DNA from: Candidatus Curtissbacteria bacterium RIFCSPHIGHO2_12_FULL_41_17
GTDB taxonomy: Bacteria; Patescibacteriota; Microgenomatia; Curtissbacterales; GWA2-41-24
Direction: 5' to 3'
DNA length: 64,000 nucleotides
Assembly: GCA_001774945.1 (NCBI GenBank)
Contig: MFBL01000015.1
Coordinates: 529-64,528, forward strand
In this document: piece after piece, positions 1 to 7,245 of the stretch
How positions within the stretch are numbered: the stretch's first letter is position 1
Layout: the number at the start of each line of letters is the position of its first letter
Notes under the pieces: generated by a model
Database searches by the model: none
What the model saw: the letters and a program-made list of their open reading frames with translations, nothing else
Told to the model about the DNA's origin: nothing
Program-made: the position numbers and the translations under genes

Positions 1-2
1 AA

Positions 3-452
3 AAGGCCAAACAGATCATTGAGAAAATTCTTTATATAACTCTTGCTACCATTTCCAAAGACGGTCAGCCTTGGAATTCACCCGTCTACTGCGCTTTTGA
101 TGAAAACTATAATTTCTACTGGATTTCTTGGAGAGAAAACCAACATTCTAAAAACATAAGAGATAACAATCGGGTATTTATAGTAATTTATGACAGCACT
201 GTTTCCGAAGGCCAAGGACAAGGCGTCTACATACAAGCCAAGGCGTACGAACTAAATGACGAGAAAAACATTAACAATGCCCTTAAATATCTTGACGGGA
301 GGATTGGTAAACAAGACCGACACAAAGCTTCTCAATTTCAAGGTAATATGCCAAGGAGGATTTACAAAGCAGTCCCAGAAAAAGCATGGGTAAACGTGGA
401 CAGCAGAATAAATGGTGAATTTGTAGATAAAAGAGTCGAGATAAAATTATGA
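3..452 (+). CDS. PNPOx-like FMN-binding split-barrel protein (5' end outside window)
   Basis: Frame 3 is open from the window edge to TGA at 450-452. It is absent from the ORF track because no start lies in the window. The translation ...ILYITLATISKDGQPWNSPVYCAFDENYNFYWISWRENQHSKNIRDNNRVFIVIYDS... resembles pyridoxamine-phosphate-oxidase-like proteins by eye. Confidence 0.5.
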   Translation, partial: KAKQIIEKILYITLATISKDGQPWNSPVYCAFDENYNFYWISWRENQHSKNIRDNNRVFIVIYDSTVSEGQGQGVYIQAKAYELNDEKNINNALKYLDGRIGKQDRHKASQFQGNMPRRIYKAVPEKAWVNVDSRINGEFVDKRVEIKL

Positions 453-525
453 AGGTAATTCTTTATATGGCAATTTGCGCAAATGCTCTTACTTCTTTAA
501 TTTTGTTTTTCCTAAAAAGTTCTTT

Positions 526-720
526 TCAGCAGGGAGAGCAGAGCCTAAAAATGGTGGTTAGAAGGCTGATGGCAACGGCCAGGACAAGCAGTAAAAGAGA
601 TACTAAAATGGCCATTTTAAGGCCAAATTTTCTTTTTACAAACAGAAACCCTTTAACTATGCCAAATGCGATTAAGGCAATTGCCGCAAAACCGATGATG
701 GTATAGAGTGAATCTTCCAT
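526..720 (-). CDS. small hydrophobic membrane protein (hypothetical)
   Basis: 64-aa ORF with two clearly hydrophobic segments. Its ATG is formed by the last bases of the upstream repeat element (..GGAAGTTTATG). Confidence 0.35.
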   Translation of the reverse strand: MEDSLYTIIGFAAIALIAFGIVKGFLFVKRKFGLKMAILVSLLLLVLAVAISLLTTIFRLCSPC

Positions 721-865
721 AAACTTCCGAGGACTAAGAGTCCTCGGTATTCTCCTTAAAGTTTACATGAGCGAGCAGATACCTTAGTCCTCGCAAGTAT
801 GTATTCGCTTTCGCATTCATCCGTCGAGTCAGACTCGACGGTGTTCTGCGAGCGAATATAAAATT
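719..865 (-). repeat. ~150-nt multi-hairpin intergenic repeat, copy A
   Basis: The reverse complement is about nine-tenths identical to 11532-11680. It contains hairpins CCGTCGAGTC..GACTCGACGG and CCGAGGACT-CTT-AGTCCTCGG. It starts on the stop codon of the upstream co-oriented CDS. Confidence 0.85.
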
Positions 866-2703
866 TAAGAAGAAGTGCGTCTGCCGGAGTATGAACCTTG
901 ACAGTTAAGGCTGAAACTTTGTCCTTCAACCGCACCCCCCCCACTGACCGTGATATTGCCTTTGACTTGTGCTTGGCCGCCCGATTGGTAAAAAGCATAA
1001 CTTTGAACAGCTTGGACACTAATGCCGCTGGCATTAACGTTTATGACCATTCGAGCTTGCCCCGAAGAATCAATTGGATAGCTGCCTCCTTGGGCATCAA
1101 ACACCCGATTCCCCTTGACAGTGAAATTGGTTGCCGACGGCAACAGTCCCGATGAGTAGATACCCGGGATGTTACAGCCCACATTGGCATTAACACTGTA
1201 GGTTCCGTCCCATGTTGCTTGCGGCTTCTGAGTCGGTTGGACCTGAGAAGTCGGCTTGGGGCCTGATCCATCAGAAGGCTCAGGTTCTTTTTGGACAATT
1301 CTTGGAACTAATCCCCGCTCGGGGCAGCCGGGATTGCCGCCCATGTACCTGCCGCCGGAATAGGTTAGCATATCCCAGCAGGCGCCATTTTGGTATTTGC
1401 AGGTCCTGCCATCTTCCGTTGTCGGCAGTCTTTCTTTGACTCCGCCCGTTCCCCCGACAATCCCGCCTTTGCTAGTACATTCGTTGAAAAATGCTTGAAC
1501 GGCTGGCGGGTATTGCGGTTGATTCTTATCACCTTGAGTAATACCAACTCCTCCCATCGAGTAGCCGGAAGCGTCAATTAGCGGTTCTGCATCTTTCCAG
1601 GCATTGTCCCAACTTGTGCCTGCGTCTTTTTCTCCTACCACGTATCCAAGCGCGGACATGTAGACCCCCTGGGCCATTTTTTTGACATCGCCAGCGCAGA
1701 CGGTTTTTGAAATACAGGGGTTACGTCTTTTTAGAGTACCTACCGGAATTTTGCGCCCAAGGGCGTAAACGGGACTTATTTCAAGCGAGAGGAAAGAAGG
1801 ATTTGTTGACTGATCAATACCATCAATCCAGTAGCTTTGTACTTGCAGCTTGGCGGCGATATAGCGCATTGCTTGTTTATCTGTACGGGAAATAGCGTCA
1901 TCGCCGTAGTCTTTTAGGCTGGCGATTTGCTCAACGCTGGATTTAAGCAGGCCCTGTGCTTGGGGATTCGTCAACTTTAAAGTGAAGGGACCCGGATCTT
2001 GTCCTAAAGTGTCCCAGTTTTTTTGGTCTTTTGAGAATGTGACCATGGCGTCTGCCCAATCATTGGCGGCCAGTTGATAATCACTAAGCCTTGATGGACT
2101 ATTAAGGGCTGTTAATCTTTCGGAAACGGTTTGGGCATTTTCGCCAACTTTTTGGAGTGAATAAGGCGCAGATTTACCGGCGGCTATTGCATCACCAACT
2201 GATTTGTTGACAAACAGTTCGGTTAAGTTATCCTGGATAAGGTCAAGATTTGGTTTTATCTGTTTGTATTTAAAGTCGCTAATTTTCATGCCGAAAACAA
2301 CTATTAAAATAAGCAAAATCGCCAAAAAACCGATTGCATATTTGGGTTTCTTAACAAAAAAGCTAAAAATTTTGCCAAAGATATTGCCAGTTCCCCCTAA
2401 GGATTTAAAAAATACACGGGCTAGTTCATATAAAAGAAAAAGCCAGAGAATCCCGGCCCCAACGCCGAAAATTATGGCTATACTTTTATTTGATGGATCG
2501 GAACTTTCTGCCGCAAATGCACTCAAGAGGGAAAAAATAATTATTAAGATTATGTAGCTGGCAATTTTTCTGCCCCTCGAAGGCGGTTTTTTCTCTGTTT
2601 TTGGAGCCTCGCTAACTTTCGAGTCGAGATCAGCTACTTCTCCGCAGTAGGTGCAGAACTTAGCTTTTTCTGGTATTTTCTTTCCGCAGCTTGCGCAGTA
2701 CAT
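865..2703 (-). CDS. zinc-ribbon / transmembrane protein with large extracytoplasmic domain (hypothetical)
   Basis: 612-aa ORF. The N-terminus MYCASCGKKIPEKAKFCTYCG is a zinc-ribbon motif, followed by hydrophobic helices and a Gly/Ser/Gln-rich C-terminal region. No family recognised. Confidence 0.7.
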   Translation of the reverse strand: MYCASCGKKIPEKAKFCTYCGEVADLDSKVSEAPKTEKKPPSRGRKIASYIILIIIFSLLSAFAAESSDPSNKSIAIIFGVGAGILWLFLLYELARVFFKSLGGTGNIFGKIFSFFVKKPKYAIGFLAILLILIVVFGMKISDFKYKQIKPNLDLIQDNLTELFVNKSVGDAIAAGKSAPYSLQKVGENAQTVSERLTALNSPSRLSDYQLAANDWADAMVTFSKDQKNWDTLGQDPGPFTLKLTNPQAQGLLKSSVEQIASLKDYGDDAISRTDKQAMRYIAAKLQVQSYWIDGIDQSTNPSFLSLEISPVYALGRKIPVGTLKRRNPCISKTVCAGDVKKMAQGVYMSALGYVVGEKDAGTSWDNAWKDAEPLIDASGYSMGGVGITQGDKNQPQYPPAVQAFFNECTSKGGIVGGTGGVKERLPTTEDGRTCKYQNGACWDMLTYSGGRYMGGNPGCPERGLVPRIVQKEPEPSDGSGPKPTSQVQPTQKPQATWDGTYSVNANVGCNIPGIYSSGLLPSATNFTVKGNRVFDAQGGSYPIDSSGQARMVINVNASGISVQAVQSYAFYQSGGQAQVKGNITVSGGGAVEGQSFSLNCQGSYSGRRTSS

Positions 2704-2946
2704 TTACTTAGTAATCTGATTCTAACACTACAAACAAAATTATTACACTTTTGATTTAGTAGCGTTACTTGCGCTTGGTTGACTGCCCGTAGTAATTTTG
2801 TTAGAATTCGCATAGATTTTTTAGCTCTAGTATCTAAATTGAGGAGGGGCGCCAAGTGCGCCTTTTTTAATAATAGTTCTGGGTTCATAGATCATAAACT
2901 ATGAACTGTGAACTCAAAACTAAGAACTAAATTCCAGAGGAATTTC

Positions 2947-4266
2947 ATGGCAATACAGGCAAGAACAGAATTTGCGTCAGCTTTAAATCAGGTTTGCTCC
3001 GAACGGGGAGTCGAACCGGAAGTGGTAATTGATTCTATAAAACAGGCGATTTTAGCGGCTTACCGAAAAGATTATGGCGATCCTGAAGGGATCGATGTCG
3101 ATCTTAATTCGGAAACAGGCGAAGTTGCTCTTTCAAAAGGCAAGAAAAAAATCACGCCTTCAGGTTTTGGTAGAATCGCCGCTCAAACTGCCAAGCAGGT
3201 TATTTTGCAAAGAATTAGGGAAGCCGAAAAAAATGCCATCCTTTCCGAATATTCCTCAAAAATTAATACAGTTGTTTCGGGCATTATCCAGCGAATTTCC
3301 GGCCCCATTATTACTGTTAATTTAGGTAAAACAGAAGGAATTATGCCGCCGCAAGAGCAAGCCCACAACGAAAAGTATGTCCTCAATCAAAGGATGAAAT
3401 TTTACGTTGTGGGTATTAAAGAAGGCGCAAGAGGTGAAGAAATAATAGTTTCAAGAAGCGCCCCCGGGCTTTTAGAGGGACTTTTCAGACAAGAAGTTCC
3501 TGAAATTTCAGCAGGTAGCGTCGAAATCAAGGTAGTGGCCAGAGAAGCCGGTTCCAGATCAAAAATCGCCGTTTATTCTTCTCAACTGGGGGTGGATCCG
3601 GTTGGATCTTGCGTTGGGCAAAAAGGGGTTAGAGTACAAGCGGTAATTAACGAACTTTCAGATGAGAAAATTGACGTTATTGCTTACCAGGAAGACCCAG
3701 TTGAATTTATAAAGGCAGCCCTTTCACCGGCGAAAGAATTAAATGTCACAATAAATGAGAAAGAAAAAACAGCCCTTGTCATTGCCCCTGATGATCAACT
3801 TTCACTGGCAATCGGTAAAGAAGGCCAGAATGTCAGGCTGGCCGCAAAGTTAACAGGTTGCAAAATTGATATTCGGGGTAAAAGCGGAACCCCGAAAGAA
3901 GTTGAGGCTAAAGAAAAAGCGGCACAAGAAGAAGCAAAGAAAGCCTTAGGGGTGATCGAAAAAATTGAGGCCAAGGAAGCGAAAACTCAGCCTGAAGACA
4001 AACAGGCCCAAATCCCAGGTCAACAGCCTCAAACTCCCGTTGATGATCAAGCCAAAGCTAAAGGAAGTAAAGTGGAAGACTCAGACGATGAAAAGGTTAC
4101 CAAGCAGGAAACACCTCAGGGCCAGATTAAAGAAGAATCAGTTACTAAGCCGATCAAAAAAAAGGCAACAGCCAGTCAATCTGAGACAGAAAACCCCACT
4201 CCAGAGCAAAAGGTCAATCCGCCCCGCCAGCTAGCGAACCAGACGGCGAAAAAACTACTTAAATGA
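2947..4266 (+). CDS. nusA: transcription termination/antitermination factor NusA with long K/E/Q-rich C-terminal tail
   Basis: MAIQARTEFASALNQVCSERGV.. N-terminus, with S1 and KH regions (GSCVGQKGVRVQAV, LAIGKEGQNVRLAAKLTG). The ATG at 2947 follows AGAGG. The ORF-track start at 2908 lies inside the upstream repeat array. Confidence 0.9.
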   Translation: MAIQARTEFASALNQVCSERGVEPEVVIDSIKQAILAAYRKDYGDPEGIDVDLNSETGEVALSKGKKKITPSGFGRIAAQTAKQVILQRIREAEKNAILSEYSSKINTVVSGIIQRISGPIITVNLGKTEGIMPPQEQAHNEKYVLNQRMKFYVVGIKEGARGEEIIVSRSAPGLLEGLFRQEVPEISAGSVEIKVVAREAGSRSKIAVYSSQLGVDPVGSCVGQKGVRVQAVINELSDEKIDVIAYQEDPVEFIKAALSPAKELNVTINEKEKTALVIAPDDQLSLAIGKEGQNVRLAAKLTGCKIDIRGKSGTPKEVEAKEKAAQEEAKKALGVIEKIEAKEAKTQPEDKQAQIPGQQPQTPVDDQAKAKGSKVEDSDDEKVTKQETPQGQIKEESVTKPIKKKATASQSETENPTPEQKVNPPRQLANQTAKKLLK

Positions 4267-4296
4267 GAGTTTGGCAGCCGTCAAAATTATTAATTT

Positions 4297-5733
4297 ATGG
4301 ACAAGAAGAAACAAGAAAATTTTCGACCGCCTATTGTTACCCTTATGGGTCACGTGGATCATGGAAAAACCACCTTACTTGATGCAATCCGCAAGTCAAA
4401 TGTAGTTGCCAAAGAGCACGGCGGTATTACCCAGCATATCGGGGCATATCAAATAACTTTTAATAGTAACCCCATTACTTTTGTTGATACTCCGGGACAC
4501 GCGGCCTTCGAAAAGATGCGTTCCCGCGGCGCAGAAGTTGCCGACATTGTTGTTTTGACGGTGGCGGCTACAGAAGGAGTAAAACCGCAAACCCAAGAGG
4601 CAATTAAACATATAAAATCAGCAAAAAAACCCACAATTGTCGCACTCACAAAAATAGACCTCCCAAACATAAATTTAGAAAAAGTTAAGAAAGAATTGCA
4701 AAAAGAAAATATTGTTATCGAAGAATTTGGCGGTGACGTACCCTTAGTTAAGGTGGCAGCCCCAAAGGGTAAGGGTATTGAAGAATTATTAGAGGTAATC
4801 CAGTTGGTCTGGCAACTTTCACCTGCTGTTTGCGAGCCAAATGCCCCTTTAGAGGCGGTAGTTGTTGAATCATTTTTGGATAAAAACCGAGGTTCAGTTG
4901 TAACAGTAATAGTTAAAAAAGGGACACTTAAAATTGGACAAAAAATAATTGTCGATAGTGAAACAATCACAGTTAAGGCTCTTGTAGATGACAGAAATCA
5001 AAGGCAAATGATTGCCGAGCCGTCAAAGCCGGTTGAAATTTTAGGTTTTAAAAGGATACTTGATGTTGGCAGTGTTGTCAAAGATCGGAATATAGTTAAC
5101 TTATCATCTTTTAAAAAGCCAGCAACTCTTTCAGAAATAATTGCCAAATCGCAGCAAGCTAAAGATAAATTTAAAGTAGTAATTAAAGCGGATGTTGCTG
5201 GAAGTCTGGAGGCTATTGAAGCGAATTTACCCCAAAAGGTTCTCGTTGTATTATCCGGCGTCGGAGAGGTTTCACCGGCCGATGTTTCATTTTCTAAGGC
5301 AGCCAGCGCACCGATATTGGCGTTTAATGTCAAGACATCACCTTCTGTAAAAAATCATGCCGAAAGGGAAGGTGTAGTTATTAAAGAATATAAAGTTATT
5401 TATGATCTTATTGCCGACCTGAAAGAAGTTGTTGCCAATTTTGAAGAGGCTAAGCATGAATCTAAAATTGCCGGTCGCGCAAAAGTTGTCGCAATTTTTG
5501 AAATTGAAGGCAAAAAAATAGCTGGTGCAGTCGTAACAGATGGGAAAATAAAAATTGGAGAGAAAATTATTATTAATCATAAAAACAACCGAAGAAGCGA
5601 CAATATACAGGTCTTGTCACTGAAGAGATTTAAAAAGGATGTTAACGTAGTAAGTAAAGGGCAAGAATTTGGCATAGGATTTGTTCAAAGTGTTGACTTT
5701 GAAGAAGGAGATATAATAGAATCTTTGGGTTAA
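4297..5733 (+). CDS. infB: translation initiation factor IF-2, short form lacking the N-terminal region
   Basis: G-domain motifs [21 protein letters not shown]. Follows nusA as in the canonical operon. 478 aa. Confidence 0.9.
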   Translation: MDKKKQENFRPPIVTLMGHVDHGKTTLLDAIRKSNVVAKEHGGITQHIGAYQITFNSNPITFVDTPGHAAFEKMRSRGAEVADIVVLTVAATEGVKPQTQEAIKHIKSAKKPTIVALTKIDLPNINLEKVKKELQKENIVIEEFGGDVPLVKVAAPKGKGIEELLEVIQLVWQLSPAVCEPNAPLEAVVVESFLDKNRGSVVTVIVKKGTLKIGQKIIVDSETITVKALVDDRNQRQMIAEPSKPVEILGFKRILDVGSVVKDRNIVNLSSFKKPATLSEIIAKSQQAKDKFKVVIKADVAGSLEAIEANLPQKVLVVLSGVGEVSPADVSFSKAASAPILAFNVKTSPSVKNHAEREGVVIKEYKVIYDLIADLKEVVANFEEAKHESKIAGRAKVVAIFEIEGKKIAGAVVTDGKIKIGEKIIINHKNNRRSDNIQVLSLKRFKKDVNVVSKGQEFGIGFVQSVDFEEGDIIESLG

Positions 5734-5814
5734 AAATTTATTCACCCCCGTCAAAATGACTTAGAGTCAGTTGATTTTCGAAAACTAAGGTTACTCGGGG
5801 TTCTGTAAATTAAA

Positions 5815-6738
5815 ATGGATCCAATTTCTAAAGAGAAAACTCTAGAGAGATTAACCAAGGCCCAGAGTGTTTCTATAATTATTTCAGACAATTCTGGGTT
5901 TGACGGACTAGCCTCAGGTTTAGGCTTATATCTTTCACTGACCAAAATTGGTAAAAATATCTCTGTTTATGCCAAACATCCAACTGTTAGTGATGCTTCA
6001 AAACTTTACGCAGTAGACAAAATCGGCAGATCTGGCGAGGGAAAAAATTTAGTTATCAATATCGATAATGCAGTTAACACAGTTGATAAAGTTACTTATT
6101 TTTTAAATCACGATAAATTAAAAATAGTTATTCATCCACTGACCGGGACAAACGGGGCTTCAACTGAACAAATTTCATTTGAGCATGCACCTTCAAAATC
6201 GGATTTACGTTTTGTCATCGGGTTCAAAACGGCAGAAGAATTGAATAAAGAATTTGTTCATGAGCAAACTTTTAGTTCAGATTCATGGACAGTCAGCATT
6301 TCATTAGAAGAAATGAATCAAAAATTTGCTCATGCAAGCGTTGGCAACCCTCAAGCGACTAGTTTAAGCGAGTTAACAGCAAACCTCTTAAGAGATTTAG
6401 CCTTGCCTCTCGATGAGGATACAGCCTACAATTTATATACCGGTATCGCTCATTCTACCAATAATTTTGATGTTGCCAAATCAACACCGGCGACCCTCGA
6501 AATTGCCTCTTGGCTAATCAAATTTGGAGCAGGTAGAGCCAGTTTTGCGCAAAAATCACAACCCGCATACGAAACACCACTCTCTTCTCCCGTTGGCTCA
6601 TTTCCAGCAACCTCCGACAGCTTTAAGCAGGTAGACGAGGTTTCTATCGATCAGGTCGAATTTGAAAAATCTCAAAAAGAGTGGCTTAAACCGCCAAAAA
6701 TTTACAAGGGCTCTAAATCTTTTGACACTGAGCATTAG
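5815..6738 (+). CDS. DHH/NrnA-like protein with degenerate motifs (hypothetical)
   Basis: 307-aa ORF in the position often held by a DHH phosphoesterase after infB. SIIISDNSGFDGLASGLGLYLSL resembles DHH motifs I/II, but the catalytic Asp/His residues are not obvious. Confidence 0.4.
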   Translation: MDPISKEKTLERLTKAQSVSIIISDNSGFDGLASGLGLYLSLTKIGKNISVYAKHPTVSDASKLYAVDKIGRSGEGKNLVINIDNAVNTVDKVTYFLNHDKLKIVIHPLTGTNGASTEQISFEHAPSKSDLRFVIGFKTAEELNKEFVHEQTFSSDSWTVSISLEEMNQKFAHASVGNPQATSLSELTANLLRDLALPLDEDTAYNLYTGIAHSTNNFDVAKSTPATLEIASWLIKFGAGRASFAQKSQPAYETPLSSPVGSFPATSDSFKQVDEVSIDQVEFEKSQKEWLKPPKIYKGSKSFDTEH

Positions 6739-6759
6739 ATTAGATATACTGATTTTCTC

Positions 6760-7023
6760 ATGAGCGATACATCAAAAAAGCAAGTAATAGATAAATTTAA
6801 AACGCACGAGGGCGATACAGGATCTCCGGAAGTCCAGATTGCCTTACTTTCCCAAAGAATCGAGAAGGTTAAGGATCATTTAAAATCACACGGACATGAT
6901 AATCATTCACGAAGGGGTTTGCTTTCTATGATAAATAAACGTAGAAGACTTCTCCACTATTTAACGAGAAAGGCAGAGGATAGATATAAGGATATTATCG
7001 GTAAGCTTGGCTTACCCCAATAA
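6760..7023 (+). CDS. rpsO: 30S ribosomal protein S15
   Basis: GDTGSPEVQIALLSQRIEKVKDHLKSHGHDNHSRRGLLSMINKRRRLLHYL is a typical S15 sequence. Immediately upstream of pnp. Confidence 0.95.
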   Translation: MSDTSKKQVIDKFKTHEGDTGSPEVQIALLSQRIEKVKDHLKSHGHDNHSRRGLLSMINKRRRLLHYLTRKAEDRYKDIIGKLGLPQ

Positions 7024-7245
7024 TATCCTTGCGGTGCTCGCTCAGTAACACTGAGCTGCGCGCCTAAAAGATATTATTGGTAAGTTAGGACTGCCAAAAT
7101 AGAAATAAGCAGCGCTTGCTATTTATCTATTATTGACTTAAAATATAACAGGGAATTGGGTTGTTGGAAGTTGAATAGTTCGAATCAATTTTTTTGATTC
7201 TCACTATCCGATTTCTAACTCCCGTAAATTCTCCAAGAATTTATA

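Noticed and set aside
449-706. 85-aa + strand ORF overlapping the small minus-strand membrane ORF
   Set aside because: It has no SD. Its composition looks like the antisense reading of a hydrophobic gene. Its ATG overlaps the stop of the upstream PNPOx-like CDS only by chance. I kept the minus-strand ORF instead, itself at low confidence.
756-1034. 92-aa minus-strand ORF running through repeat copy A, and other short ORFs within or antisense to 865-2703 (898-1155, 1041-1298, 1212-1439, 1365-1577, 1390-1581, 1707-1895, 2204-2557)
   Set aside because: All are nested in, or antisense to, the long 612-aa ORF. The first one is translated largely from the non-coding repeat element.
7103-7245. Possible small RNA or tRNA in the rpsO-pnp spacer (contains GTTCGAATC)
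   Set aside because: No cloverleaf can be drawn. The GAATCAA-TTTTT-TTGATTC hairpin looks like a terminator or processing stem in the pnp leader rather than an RNA gene.
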